Source of the DNA: Acidobacteriota bacterium
GTDB lineage: Bacteria > Acidobacteriota > UBA6911 > RPQK01 > JAJDTT01
Reading direction: 5' to 3'
DNA: 64,000 nucleotides
Assembly (NCBI GenBank): GCA_965263035.1
Contig: OZ253580.1
Span: forward strand, 800,001 to 864,000
Part shown: piece by piece, positions 17,350 to 28,045 of the stretch
Layout of the letters: the number at the start of each line of letters is the position of its first letter
How positions within the stretch are numbered: the first letter of the stretch is position 1
Translations under genes and position numbers: made by a program
Notes under the pieces: generated by a model
What the model was told of the DNA's origin: nothing
Seen by the model: the letters and a program-made list of their open reading frames with translations, nothing else
Database searches by the model: none

Positions 17350-20300
17350 ATGTCTTCGAACCAGATTCAGGAGGTCACCCGATACGAGTCGGTCCCGGCA
17401 GCGGTGGAACGGTGGATCGATTCCCTGGACTGCCCCGGCGAGATTCTGATTCTGGGTTCGACCCGCGCGGCCGCGGACGAATTGGCGCGGGCGCTCTCCC
17501 TGAAGTCGCACGGGCGGGTGGGGCTCCATCGGTGGACACCGGCTCAACTGGCGGCGGCTCTGGCGACCCCGGAGTTGGCGAACGCGGGTCTGGCTCCCCT
17601 CAGCCGTCTGGGACTGGAGGCCCTGGCCGCTCGGGCGGGTTACCGGAGCCGGGAAGCAGACACGCCGGGCTATTTTGCTCCCGTCTCCGGAATGCCCGGC
17701 TTCTCCCGCTCTCTGGCGTCCACGCTGCTGGACCTTCGCCTGTCTCATGCCGACGGTGACGAGTTGGCGCAATGCGGCGGGGGCGGACCCGACCTGGCCC
17801 TCCTGCTGGAGCTGTACACCCGGGAGCTTCAGGCGCATTCCCTGGCCGATCGGGCCACGTTGCTGGCGCTGGCCGCCACGGCTCTGGAGGGGGACTCCCC
17901 CTGGTCCGGCCTTCCCCTGGTGCTGTTGGACGTCCCTCCCCGCTCCCGGTCCGAGCTGCGCTTCTACAGGTCCCTCATCGACGGATCTCCCGCGACCCTG
18001 GGCCTGGTTCTCTCCGGTGACGAACCGGGTGCGCAGGCCTTCCGTACGCTTCTGGGAATCGCAACTCCAGCGGCGGCCCGGAGCGAGGAAGGGGGTGCCG
18101 GCGCCACTCTGAGCCGAATCCGGACCAGCCTCTTCGCTGCCGGCGACGTTGCCGGCGGCCCCATGGATTCCAGCTTTCGACTCTTTTCGGCCCTGGGTGA
18201 GGGGCACGAGTGCGTGGAGATCGCCCGTTCCCTCCTGGAGGAGGCCAAGCGGGGAACCCCCTTCGACCAGATGGCGGTCCTGTTGCGCAATCCGGAGACC
18301 TACCAACCCCAGATGGAGGAGGCGTTGGCCCGGGCAGGCATCCCCGGGTACTTCAGCCGCGGCATCTCCCGTCCCGACCCGGCCGGCCGGGCTCTTCTGA
18401 CCCTCTTGGAGTGCGCCGAGGAGGGCCTCACCGCCAGCCGATTCGCCGAGTACCTCTCGCTGGGTCAGGTCCCGAGGGACCAAGCCTCCCCGGAACGACT
18501 CGAGCAGGAACCTCCCTGGGCCGGTCCGGGCGAGGACCTGGAAATGCGCTTCAAGAGTGGCGGCGACGTGCCGACGGCGGAGGACGGCGATTCGGATCCG
18601 GAGGACGACCGCTCTCCGGTCATCGCCGGAACCCTCAGGACTCCGGCGCACTGGGAGCGGCTTCTGGTGGATGCCGCCGTCATCGGCGGGAGGGACCGAT
18701 GGGAAAACCGGCTCGCCGGTCTGGAATCGGATCTCATATCGAAGCAGAGACGAAGGGAGGCGGAGGGAAACGAAGCTGCCGGACAAGCGCTCCGGAGCCG
18801 GTTGGACCGGCTCCGGAACCTCAGGGATTTCGCCCTGCCCGTCATCGAGTTTCTGGGAGACTTTCCTCACCAGCAGAACTGGCGAGCCTGGTTGGAGCGA
18901 CTCCGGCGGCTGTCCGCTCTGACCCTTCACCGGCCGGAGACGGTGCTGTCGCTCCTGGCCGAACTGGAGCCCATGGGGCAAGTGGGACCCGTGACTCTCA
19001 CCGAGGTGAGGGAGGTCCTGAGTCAACGCCTCGGCGTCCTGAGAAGGGACCCCCCGGAAAGACCCTACGGCCGGGTCTTCGTCGGGACGCCGCGGGAGGC
19101 GTGTGGCCGGTCCTTTCAGGTGGTCTATCTGCCCGGACTCTCGGAGGGGATCTTCCCCCGCAAGGCATACGAGGACCCGCTGCTCCTGGACCCCCGGCGC
19201 CGGCGGGTCTCGACCCACCTTCCTCTGCTGGCGGACAAGATCCAGGAGGAGCGCCGGCTGCTGCGCATCGCGCTGGCGGCGGCCTCTCGGCGTCTCGTCG
19301 CCTCCTACCCCCGCATGGATCTGGTGCGGGGACGGTCCCGCGTCCCCTCCCTCTACGCCCTGGAACTCATGCGTGGGGCCCTGGGACAGTTGCCTGACGT
19401 CCAGGAGCTGGAGCGGAAGAGCGCCGCGGCCTCCAGCACCCGGCTGGGTTGGACGGCGCCCCGAGATCCGGCGCGGGCCATCGACGACGCCGAGTACGAT
19501 CTGGCCACGTTGGGGCCCGTCCTGCAGGCGCCGAAATCGCAGGACACGGGCCAGGGGCGGTACCTGCTTCTGGTCAATCCGTGGCTGGCGCGCTCGCTGC
19601 GGGCACGCTACAAGCGCTGGCGGCCCTCCTGGTCGGACGACGACGGGATCCTGGCCCGGTCCGATCCCGCGACCCGCCGGATCCTGCACAAGCACCGCCT
19701 CCGCAACCGCAGCTATTCCGCCACGGCTCTGGAACAATACGCGTCCTGTCCTTACCGCTTCTTCCTTCATTCCATCCAGAGGCTGCGGCCCAGAGAGGAA
19801 TCCCTGGCGCTGGAGCGCCTGGATCCCCTGACCCGGGGCTCCCTCTTCCATGAAGTGCAGTCAAGGCTCTTTCGCCGTCTCCGGGAAGAGGACCTGCTTC
19901 CCATGAACTCGGGGCGGCTGGAGCCGATCCTGAGCCGGGCGGACCAGGTGCTGGACCAGGTCGCCGGGAGTTTTCGGGAGCGGCTGGCTCCCGCTCTCCC
20001 TCCGGTGTGGGAGTCGGAGGTCGAAGACCTGCGGGTCGACCTTCGGACCTGGATCCGCAGCGCCAGCCAGGATCCGGACGGATGGGTGCCAATCCACTTC
20101 GACTACGCCTTCGGCCTCGCCGCCGGGGAGGATCGGGACCCCGAAAGCACTTCCGAAGAGGCCGTCATCCTGGACGGAATGCGGCTCCGGGGGATCATCG
20201 ATCTGGTGGAGGTGCATCCCTTGCACCGCGTCCTCCGGATCACCGACCACAAGACCGGAATGGCCAAGGATCCCGTGCCCCAATCCGTGGGACGCGGGGA

Positions 20301-20628
20301 AACGCTCCAGCCTCTTCTCTACTCCCTGGCCTTGCAGGAACTACGCGGTCTCCGGGTCGTGGGGGGCCGCCTCGACTACTGCACCCAGAGGGGAAACTTC
20401 CAGGTCCAGCGGATCCGCCTCGACCGGGAGGGCCGGCATCGGATCGGAGAGGTCCTCGAGACCATCGACCGGGCCGTGGGCGAGGGCTTCCTTCCGGCCG
20501 CACCTCGCGAGCAGAGTTGCGCCTCCTGCGATTACCGGGCCGTCTGTGGTCCGTATGAAGAACTTCGGACCGGTCTGAAGGAAAGCCGGCCCTTGGAGCC
20601 ACTCCGTCAGCTCCGGAATCTCCCCTGA
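17350..20628 (+). CDS. addB: AddB-like subunit: inactive helicase fold plus PD-(D/E)XK nuclease with Fe-S cysteines
   Basis: MAVLLR, SATALEQYASCPY, RGIIDLVE...ITDHKTG, LQPLLY, CASCDYRAVC. Directly upstream of a UvrD helicase-nuclease. Confidence 0.8.
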   Translation: MSSNQIQEVTRYESVPAAVERWIDSLDCPGEILILGSTRAAADELARALSLKSHGRVGLHRWTPAQLAAALATPELANAGLAPLSRLGLEALAARAGYRSREADTPGYFAPVSGMPGFSRSLASTLLDLRLSHADGDELAQCGGGGPDLALLLELYTRELQAHSLADRATLLALAATALEGDSPWSGLPLVLLDVPPRSRSELRFYRSLIDGSPATLGLVLSGDEPGAQAFRTLLGIATPAAARSEEGGAGATLSRIRTSLFAAGDVAGGPMDSSFRLFSALGEGHECVEIARSLLEEAKRGTPFDQMAVLLRNPETYQPQMEEALARAGIPGYFSRGISRPDPAGRALLTLLECAEEGLTASRFAEYLSLGQVPRDQASPERLEQEPPWAGPGEDLEMRFKSGGDVPTAEDGDSDPEDDRSPVIAGTLRTPAHWERLLVDAAVIGGRDRWENRLAGLESDLISKQRRREAEGNEAAGQALRSRLDRLRNLRDFALPVIEFLGDFPHQQNWRAWLERLRRLSALTLHRPETVLSLLAELEPMGQVGPVTLTEVREVLSQRLGVLRRDPPERPYGRVFVGTPREACGRSFQVVYLPGLSEGIFPRKAYEDPLLLDPRRRRVSTHLPLLADKIQEERRLLRIALAAASRRLVASYPRMDLVRGRSRVPSLYALELMRGALGQLPDVQELERKSAAASSTRLGWTAPRDPARAIDDAEYDLATLGPVLQAPKSQDTGQGRYLLLVNPWLARSLRARYKRWRPSWSDDDGILARSDPATRRILHKHRLRNRSYSATALEQYASCPYRFFLHSIQRLRPREESLALERLDPLTRGSLFHEVQSRLFRRLREEDLLPMNSGRLEPILSRADQVLDQVAGSFRERLAPALPPVWESEVEDLRVDLRTWIRSASQDPDGWVPIHFDYAFGLAAGEDRDPESTSEEAVILDGMRLRGIIDLVEVHPLHRVLRITDHKTGMAKDPVPQSVGRGETLQPLLYSLALQELRGLRVVGGRLDYCTQRGNFQVQRIRLDREGRHRIGEVLETIDRAVGEGFLPAAPREQSCASCDYRAVCGPYEELRTGLKESRPLEPLRQLRNLP

Positions 20629-20636
20629 GTGACCCC

Positions 20637-23600
20637 ATGAACGATTCCTTGAAGTTCGGTCCCCAGGCTCCCTCTCCTTCCGATTCCGCCGGGCGGATGG
20701 CCATCCGAAACTCCCTGGACGTCAGCCTTCTGGTGGAGGCGGCGGCGGGCACGGGCAAGACCAGCGAGCTGGTCCGGCGCCTGGTGGCCGTCCTGGCCGG
20801 CGGCCGCGCACGCGTCGACCGGGTCGCCGCCGTCACCTTCACCCGCAAGGCGGCCGGCGAACTGAAGCTGCGTCTGCGGGACGCTCTGGACCGAGCTCGG
20901 CGGAAGGCCTCGGATCCGATGGAGATCCGGAATCTGGAGCGGGCGGTGGCGGGGCTGGAGGAGGCCAGCATCGCCACCATCCACTCCTTCTGCGCGGACC
21001 TGCTCCGAAAGCGGCCGGTGGAGGCCGGCGTCGACCCCGATTTCCGGGAACTCTCGGAGGATGAGGCGTCCCGCCTCTTCCGGAGGGCCTTTCGGCAGTG
21101 GATGGAAACACGGCTGGCCCACCCGGCGCCGGGTCTGGCCCGGGCCCTCCAGCGGTCCCTGGTCCCGCAGGGAGCCGACTTCGGCTCGCCTCTGGATCGG
21201 CTCCGCTCGGCCGCCCGGAAACTCATGGAATGGCGCGACTACGGGAGTTCCTGGAGACGAGAGGGCTTCGACCGGGAAACGCTCTTGGACGCCTTGGCCA
21301 GCCGGATCCGGGAGTTGGCGGACACCAGTGACCGGGCGGCCAACCGGCAGGACAGGCTTCGGCAGGAACTGGGTCCGGTCCGGGACCTGGACGCCTGGGT
21401 CCGGCGCTTCGAGCGGGAACGGCCCCGCGACTACGATCGCCTGGAGGGCCGGGTGCTCCGTCTGCTGCGCCGGCTGAGGTCCCCCTTCTTCCGGCCGAGC
21501 CGGACTGGAGAATATGCTCCGGGACTGCCCCGGGTGGTGGTGGTCCGGGCGCGGGAGGATCTGCTTCGGGAACTGGAGGATTTCATACGGCGCGCCGACG
21601 CCGACCTGGCGTCCCTGCTCCGGGAGGAACTGCTGGAGGTGGCCCCGTTCTATGAGGAGCTCAAGGAACAGTTGAGCCGACTCGACTTCATGGACCTGCT
21701 GATCAAGACTCGCGACCTGATCCGGGACAGACCGTCCGTCCGGCGGGATTTCCAGGAACACTTCAGCCACATCTTCGTCGACGAGTTCCAGGACACGGAC
21801 GCGCTGCAAGCGGAGATCCTGCTGCTGCTGTCGGCGGACGACCCCGAGGAGACGGACTGGCGCAGGGTCCGGCCCGTTCCCGGAAAGCTCTTTCTGGTGG
21901 GAGACCCCAAGCAGTCGATCTATCGGTTCCGCCGCGCCGACGTGGTCCTGTACCAGGAGATCAAGGAGATCCTCGAGGCCGCCGGGGTGAGAGTGGTCCA
22001 CCTGAAGCGAAACTTCCGCTCCGTGCGGCCGCTGCAACTGGCCGTCAACGCGGCCTTCGCGCCGGAGATGAAGGCCGACCCCGTCAGCGGACAACCGGAC
22101 TACGTTCCGCTCGAGAGCCACCGAACGGCCGAACGGGACCAGCCGGCGCTCATCGCCCTCCCGGTGCCGGAGCCCTACAGCAAATGGGGAAATCTGGCCA
22201 ACGCCGCCATCGAGGAGAGCCTCCCCCAGACCGTCGCCGCCTTTACGAACTGGCTGTTGCGTGAAAGCGGCTGGCAGGTGGGCGACCCGGAGGACCCGAC
22301 CCGGCGCGTCCCCATATCCCCCGGTCACGTCTGCATCCTGTTCCGGCGCTTCGTCAGCTGGAGGCGGGACGTCACGCGTGAATACGCCAGGGGGCTCGAG
22401 ATCCGGGGGGTTCCCCACGTCCTGATGGGCTCCCGATCCTTCCATCAGCGGGAAGAGGTCGAGACCCTGCGGGTGGCCCTGAGCGCCATCGAGCGGCCGG
22501 ACGACGAACTCTCGGTCTACGCGACGCTCCGCGGCTCCCTCTTCTGGATCCGGGACTCCCTGTTGCTGCGGTTCAGGGATCGATACGGTTCACTCCATCC
22601 GTTCCGTCCTCGTCCCGAGGATCTGCACGACGACCTGGAGCCGGTGGCCAAGGCGCTGGAGATCCTGGCCCGTCTGCATCGACGGCGCAACCGGCGCCCC
22701 GTCGCCGAAACCCTTTCCCGGCTCCTGGCTCAGACTCGAGCTCATGCGGGATTCGCACTGCGCCCCGCCGGACGACAGGTACTGGCCAACGTGCAACGGG
22801 TCTGTGATCTGGCCCGGGCTTTCGAAACGGGCGGAGGAGGCTCGTTCCGGGGCTTCGTGGAGCATCTGGAGAGACTGGCCCGGCGGCGGACCGGAGCCGG
22901 GGCACAGGTGTCGGAAGAAGGGGTCGACGGGGTCCATCTGATGACCGTCCACAACGCGAAGGGGTTGGAGTTTCCCGTGGTGATCCTGGCCGACATGACG
23001 GCCCGCCTCTCCTCCTTCCGTCCCGACAAATTCGTCGATTCGGGCCGAAACCTGGCGGCCTTCAGCCTCATGGGGTGCATCCCCTGGGAGCTGTTGGACC
23101 ATCAGGACGTGGAGGCGGCACGGGACCGCGCGGAGGGGGTCCGACTCGCCTATGTCGCGGCGACGCGAGCCCGGGATCTGCTGGTGGTCCCCGGTCTGGG
23201 GACCGGCCCCAGGCCGAGATCGAGGTCCGAATGGTTGTCTCCGCTGGAGAAGGCCATCTACCCGGCCCGGGCGGACTGGGCCCAGGGTGGACCGGCTCCC
23301 GGATGCCCCACCTTCGGGCAGAGAAGCCTGCTCCAGAACCCCAAGGGCCGAATCCAGCCCTGCATCCGCCCCGGCCTCTACCGCCCGCAGACGGGGGATC
23401 ATCCCCTGGTCTGGTGGGACCCCGAGTTGCTGGACCTGACGGTTCGTCCGAATTTTGGCCTCCAACGGGAACGGATCCTGGCCGACGACGAGCGGGGCCG
23501 GGCCGGACAAGAGGGCCTCGCCCGCTACCGGCAGTGGCGGGAAGGACGACGGCTGGCGCTGCAGTCCGGGTCCCGGCCAACTCTGCAGGTGTTGACGGTC

Positions 23601-24110
23601 ACCGGGGAGCCGTCGCCGGGAGATCCTCCCGAATGCCCTTCCGTGGGGTTGGAGACTCATCCGATTCCCGATTCCCGGCCCACGGGACCCAGGTTCGGGA
23701 CCCTGGTCCACACCCTGTTGCGGGATGTCCGCCTGGACGCCGGCGAGCCGGAGATCCGGAGGCTCGCCCGGCTCCATGGAAGGGTTCTGGGGGTGACCAA
23801 CCCCGAGCGCCGGTTCGCCATTAAGGCCGTGCGCTCCGCCTTGGACCACTCGTTGCTGGAACGGGCGCGGGACGCCCAGAGGCGCCATCGTGAGCTCCCT
23901 TTCCTGCTCACGGTCGAGGAGGGCAAACTGCTCGAGGGAACCATCGATCTGGCCTTCCAGGAGGAGGATCGCTGGATCGTGGTGGACTTCAAGACCGATG
24001 TGCACCTCAAACCGGACGATCCCGGCTACCGGCGCCAAGTGCGGTGGTATGTCTACGGACTGACGCAGATCACTGGACAGCCGGCTGAAGGATGGTTGCT
24101 GGGGATCTGA
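20637..24110 (+). CDS. addA: AddA-like UvrD/REP helicase-nuclease
   Basis: EAAAGTGKT, VTFTRKAAGE, VDEFQDT, VGDPKQSIYRFRRAD, MTVHNAKGLEF, YVAATRAR, and C-terminal GTIDL...VDFKTD. Confidence 0.88.
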   Translation: MNDSLKFGPQAPSPSDSAGRMAIRNSLDVSLLVEAAAGTGKTSELVRRLVAVLAGGRARVDRVAAVTFTRKAAGELKLRLRDALDRARRKASDPMEIRNLERAVAGLEEASIATIHSFCADLLRKRPVEAGVDPDFRELSEDEASRLFRRAFRQWMETRLAHPAPGLARALQRSLVPQGADFGSPLDRLRSAARKLMEWRDYGSSWRREGFDRETLLDALASRIRELADTSDRAANRQDRLRQELGPVRDLDAWVRRFERERPRDYDRLEGRVLRLLRRLRSPFFRPSRTGEYAPGLPRVVVVRAREDLLRELEDFIRRADADLASLLREELLEVAPFYEELKEQLSRLDFMDLLIKTRDLIRDRPSVRRDFQEHFSHIFVDEFQDTDALQAEILLLLSADDPEETDWRRVRPVPGKLFLVGDPKQSIYRFRRADVVLYQEIKEILEAAGVRVVHLKRNFRSVRPLQLAVNAAFAPEMKADPVSGQPDYVPLESHRTAERDQPALIALPVPEPYSKWGNLANAAIEESLPQTVAAFTNWLLRESGWQVGDPEDPTRRVPISPGHVCILFRRFVSWRRDVTREYARGLEIRGVPHVLMGSRSFHQREEVETLRVALSAIERPDDELSVYATLRGSLFWIRDSLLLRFRDRYGSLHPFRPRPEDLHDDLEPVAKALEILARLHRRRNRRPVAETLSRLLAQTRAHAGFALRPAGRQVLANVQRVCDLARAFETGGGGSFRGFVEHLERLARRRTGAGAQVSEEGVDGVHLMTVHNAKGLEFPVVILADMTARLSSFRPDKFVDSGRNLAAFSLMGCIPWELLDHQDVEAARDRAEGVRLAYVAATRARDLLVVPGLGTGPRPRSRSEWLSPLEKAIYPARADWAQGGPAPGCPTFGQRSLLQNPKGRIQPCIRPGLYRPQTGDHPLVWWDPELLDLTVRPNFGLQRERILADDERGRAGQEGLARYRQWREGRRLALQSGSRPTLQVLTVTGEPSPGDPPECPSVGLETHPIPDSRPTGPRFGTLVHTLLRDVRLDAGEPEIRRLARLHGRVLGVTNPERRFAIKAVRSALDHSLLERARDAQRRHRELPFLLTVEEGKLLEGTIDLAFQEEDRWIVVDFKTDVHLKPDDPGYRRQVRWYVYGLTQITGQPAEGWLLGI

Positions 24111-24137
24111 GAGAAATTATGGTAGTATTGCATCAGT

Positions 24138-24419
24138 ATGGTCAAGGTCACTTACTCTCTCAACGAGGCGACGGTGCGGCAGATCCGTCGGATGGCGGAC
24201 CTTCTTGGCATGGCGCAGAGCCATGTCGTTCGGGAAGCAGTCGCCGACTACGCCGCGCGGAAGGATCGGCTCAGCGAACGGGAAAGGCTTCGTCTGCTGG
24301 CGGTGCTCGACCGCCTACACGACGCACCGGTGACCCGCTCCGAGCAGAGCGTCGACGCCGAGATCGGCGCGGTGCGGGCCGCGCGACGCCACGGCGGACG
24401 ACCCGGGCAAACGCCGTGA
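24138..24419 (+). CDS. Ribbon-helix-helix (CopG-like) antitoxin, VapB-type
   Basis: MVKVTYSL...QSHVVREAVADY fits the RHH pattern. GTGA overlap with the PIN gene. Confidence 0.75.
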   Translation: MVKVTYSLNEATVRQIRRMADLLGMAQSHVVREAVADYAARKDRLSERERLRLLAVLDRLHDAPVTRSEQSVDAEIGAVRAARRHGGRPGQTP

Positions 24420-24790
24420 CGATTCATCTCGATACGTCGGCGCTCATCGATGCGCTCACAGGCCCTCGCCGTTCGCTGGAACGGCTGTCGGCATTCGTGG
24501 CGGAAGGCCACCGGGTGATCCTGTCGACGATCGTGCTGTATGAATGGCTGCGCGGGCCCCGCACGACAGCAGAGTTGCAGGTGCAGGAGGAAATGTTTCC
24601 GCGCCGCGCAGCAGTCCCGTTCGATGCCGAAGCTGCCGCCCAAGCCGCGATGCTTTACCGGCAGACGCCTCGCCCTCGGGGGCGCGAGGTCGATCTCGCC
24701 GTGGCGGCCTGCGCACTGGCGCAGGGTGCTGCCCTCTGGACGCTGAACTACGACGACTTCAGCGATCTGCCCGGTTTCGAGTTGATGTAG
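24416..24790 (+). CDS. vapC: PIN-domain toxin (VapC family)
   Basis: IHLDTSALID, VLYEWLRG, DLAVAACA, LWTLNYDDF. Confidence 0.85.
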   Translation: MTIHLDTSALIDALTGPRRSLERLSAFVAEGHRVILSTIVLYEWLRGPRTTAELQVQEEMFPRRAAVPFDAEAAAQAAMLYRQTPRPRGREVDLAVAACALAQGAALWTLNYDDFSDLPGFELM

Positions 24791-25069
24791 GAACCGGAAC
24801 CGGCTCCCACGCCGCAAAGCCGGTCCTCAGACCCGAGAAGCCGTTCGCGCTCCCACCCGCTACGAGAGAAAGACCCAAAGGATGGCTCGTTGCGTCTGAT
24901 TCCCTTATTCATAGCTTCAGTACCGAAGGGTGGCTACCCTCCGGCGTGGCCATGACAGTTCGATGGCCATTGATATGATGATTCCCTCCGGTGCGGTTCG
25001 TCAGCGCGAGGATCAATCGCCCGGCTCGCCGCGGAATTCTTCCACGGCGCAGGCGACTAGGGAGATACG

Positions 25070-26491
25070 TTGGCTGGCTCAGATTTCATCGGCGTCACTC
25101 TGCTGCCCGAGTACTTCCAGAGCGAGTCCGTCAACGGTGTGCTCGACAACCTGCAGAGTCGGGCCGCGGCCACGGCGGTGACGACTTCGCCTTACGTGAT
25201 GCAGTTGGCCGACTCGCAATCCGGTTTCCGGGAGCCTCCCGTCGACGCCGGAGCCGGGCAGGTCCGCCTGCTGGATCGGCCTCTCTGGGGAAAGCGGGAG
25301 CTCTGGGTCCGGACGGCTCCGAGCTTTCGCCCCGATCTCCGCCTCTATCACGGTCTGCGCTATCAGCCCCCGCCCGCGAACGGCCTGACCGCCGGGCACG
25401 GCCCCGTGGTCGAGCAGTTCCTCCAGGCCGCCCGGTCCCGGGGATTGAAGGTCTACCTTCAGGTTCAGGCGGCCATCCCTCCGGGTTACCGGGTCCAGTT
25501 CGGGGAACCGGAACTCGAAGACCGTCCCCGCCTGCCCGACGGATGCGTTCCCCGACGCCGTCTCTCGGCCAACGGAAGCCTGGCCAGTCCTCACATCCGG
25601 GAGTACGCCCACGCCCTCATCCGGGACCTCTGCCGGCGATACCCGGACATCGACGGCCTTCGCGTGGACTGGCCCGAATATCCCCCCTACCTCCTGGACT
25701 CCATCTTCCTCGACTTCGGCGAGCCGGCCCGGAGAAAAGCGGGTGCGATGGGATTCGACTTCGAACGGATGCGCCGCGCCGCCGCAGAGCTCTACGCGCG
25801 GCTTCACGGTGGCCTTGACGATTCCACATTGTCCGCGTGTGCCGAAGCCGGGAGTGCCGACGAGGCCCGGCGGCGGCTCCTGCCCGATTCCGCCGGACTG
25901 GCGGAATGGATCCGATTCAAGGCCAAGCTGGTGGAATCGTTGCACGCAGGGTTCCGCAAGACCATGGATGAGGCGGGCGCAGATCACATGGAGCTGTGGT
26001 CCAACGCGTTTCCGCCTCCCTGGAACACGTTCTCGGGAATGGACTACCGCCTGGCCGGCCGGTACAGCTCAGCCATCTCCGTCAAGCTCTATACGATGCA
26101 CTGGCCCATGATGCTCCGGTTCTACGGAGACCAACTGCGGCGGGCCAATCCCGGAGTCTCCGGTTCGTTCCTGGCGAGGGCGCTGGTGCGGCTGTTCGAT
26201 ATCTCCGACGATCCGGGTCCTGCCCGGCTGGAGGATCTCTACTATCCGGCGCCCGAGGAACCGCACCCGGCCGGCGCCGCGGCCCAGCACCGCAAGATCG
26301 TCCAGGCCCAGCTTCAAGCGGGTGGGACGCCCGTCTACGCCCTGGCGCATGGTTACGGGCCGGTTGGGGACTTCCGAAACCGCCTGGAGACCGCCATGGC
26401 GGCGAGCCGGCACGGTTGCTGGATCAACCGGTACGGTTATCTGAGCGACGAGAAGCTCGACATCATCGGGAGGGTCGCAGGCCGCTCCTGA
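25070..26491 (+). CDS. Hypothetical protein, probable TIM-barrel (glycoside hydrolase-like)
   Basis: Long ORF with GC-rich third positions and AGGGAG RBS. YPDIDGLRVDWPEY resembles the core of GH-like (beta/alpha)8 proteins. Function not assignable. Confidence 0.6.
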   Translation: MAGSDFIGVTLLPEYFQSESVNGVLDNLQSRAAATAVTTSPYVMQLADSQSGFREPPVDAGAGQVRLLDRPLWGKRELWVRTAPSFRPDLRLYHGLRYQPPPANGLTAGHGPVVEQFLQAARSRGLKVYLQVQAAIPPGYRVQFGEPELEDRPRLPDGCVPRRRLSANGSLASPHIREYAHALIRDLCRRYPDIDGLRVDWPEYPPYLLDSIFLDFGEPARRKAGAMGFDFERMRRAAAELYARLHGGLDDSTLSACAEAGSADEARRRLLPDSAGLAEWIRFKAKLVESLHAGFRKTMDEAGADHMELWSNAFPPPWNTFSGMDYRLAGRYSSAISVKLYTMHWPMMLRFYGDQLRRANPGVSGSFLARALVRLFDISDDPGPARLEDLYYPAPEEPHPAGAAAQHRKIVQAQLQAGGTPVYALAHGYGPVGDFRNRLETAMAASRHGCWINRYGYLSDEKLDIIGRVAGRS

Positions 26492-26536
26492 TCCTTTTCC
26501 TGCAGACCCGGCGGCGGTGTAGACTGGTCACTCAAG

Positions 26537-27862
26537 ATGAACCCCTCGGCAGCTCCCCCGCAGGTCAAGGCCTTCCACGTCCTCACCAAACCAACCGGGC
26601 CCATCTGCAACCTGGACTGCAAGTACTGCTTCTACCTGGAAAAGGAGAACCTCTACGCAGATACGTCACGGTGGGCCATGCGGGAGGACGTCCTGGAATC
26701 CTACGTCCGCCAGTACATCGAGTCCCAGAGAGCGCCGGTCATCAGCTTCGCCTGGCAGGGGGGCGAGCCCACCCTCCTGGGTGTGGATTTCTTCCGGAAG
26801 GTGGTCCGGCTACAGGCCAAGTACGCGGCGGGGAAAAAGATCGAGAACGGCTTTCAGACCAACGGCGTCCTGTTGGACGACCGTTGGGGAGAGTTCCTGG
26901 CCGAGAACGGGTTCCTGGTGGGGATCTCCATCGACGGGCCCGAGCGTCTCCATGACCGCTACCGGGTGGACAAGGGGGGAGCCCCCTCCTTTCGAAGAGT
27001 GATGAGGGGACTGGGCTACCTCCGGAAACACGGTGTCGAGTACAACACCCTGACCGTGGTGCAGAGGAGCAACTCCCGCCATCCCCTGGAGGTGTACCGC
27101 TTTCTCAAGGAGGCGGGCAGCCGCTTCATGCAATTCATTCCCATCGTGGAGCGAGCTTCGCACCAGCCGGACGACGCCGGCCTGGTGCTGATTTCCCCGG
27201 ATTCGGGGGAGCCGGCCCGGGTCACGCCCTGGTCGGTGGAAGCGGTCCAATACGGCAAGTTCCTCTGCGCCATCTTCGACGAGTGGGTGCGGCGGGACGT
27301 GGGACGGTATTACGTGCAGATCTTCGACGTGGCCCTGGAGAGCTGGATGGGCATGAGCGCCAGCTTGTGTGTCTTCCGCGAGACCTGCGGCACGGCCCTG
27401 GCCCTGGAACATAACGGAGACCTCTATTCTTGCGACCACTACGTCTACCCCGAAAACCTCCTGGGCAACATCATGGAGGATCCCATGGGGTCCCTGGTCA
27501 CCTCATCCAGCCAGGTGCGTTTCGGCCAGAACAAGCGGGACCTCCTCCCCCGCTACTGCCGGGAATGCGAGGTCCGGTTCGCCTGCAACGGCGAGTGTCC
27601 CAAGCACCGTTTCATCCGGACACCTCACGGGGAAGAGGGGCTCAACTACCTCTGCGCCGGATACAAGCTCTTCTTCGGGCATATCGACCCCTATATGCGT
27701 TTCATGGCGGGAGAGCTTCGCCAGGGACGGGCTCCGGCCAACGTCATGGCCTGGGTCCGGCGGCAGGAATTGGAGGCTCAGGGAAGACGCCGCCCCGGAC
27801 GAAACGATCCCTGCCTCTGCGGAAGCGGCAAGAAGTACAAGAAGTGTTGCGGCCGGCGTTGA
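26537..27862 (+). CDS. Anaerobic sulfatase-maturating radical SAM enzyme (anSME/AslB family) with C-terminal SEC-C motif
   Basis: CNLDCKYCFY, WQGGEPTL, SIDGP, SPASM cysteines (CVFRETC, SCDHY, CRECEVRFACNGECPK, YLC) and GRNDPCLCGSGKKYKKCC. Confidence 0.92.
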   Translation: MNPSAAPPQVKAFHVLTKPTGPICNLDCKYCFYLEKENLYADTSRWAMREDVLESYVRQYIESQRAPVISFAWQGGEPTLLGVDFFRKVVRLQAKYAAGKKIENGFQTNGVLLDDRWGEFLAENGFLVGISIDGPERLHDRYRVDKGGAPSFRRVMRGLGYLRKHGVEYNTLTVVQRSNSRHPLEVYRFLKEAGSRFMQFIPIVERASHQPDDAGLVLISPDSGEPARVTPWSVEAVQYGKFLCAIFDEWVRRDVGRYYVQIFDVALESWMGMSASLCVFRETCGTALALEHNGDLYSCDHYVYPENLLGNIMEDPMGSLVTSSSQVRFGQNKRDLLPRYCRECEVRFACNGECPKHRFIRTPHGEEGLNYLCAGYKLFFGHIDPYMRFMAGELRQGRAPANVMAWVRRQELEAQGRRRPGRNDPCLCGSGKKYKKCCGRR

Positions 27863-28045
27863 AGCGGCCCGGCCGAGTGGTCAGGAGCCTCTGTCCCGAC
27901 GCAAGATAGCCGGGAGCCTCGGCCAGTGGCGCCGATGTGTCCGCGCCCGTGCCGACCAACAGGGCAGTCTAAGAGCAAAAAGAATAGAGTTGGATCGGCC
28001 GACGACGAGTACGAATCATATCCATATCCACACTCACGATTCGTG

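Noticed and set aside
17350-24110. Novel helicase-nuclease defence system
   Set aside because: Domain order, motifs and Fe-S cysteines fit ordinary AddAB recombination/repair.
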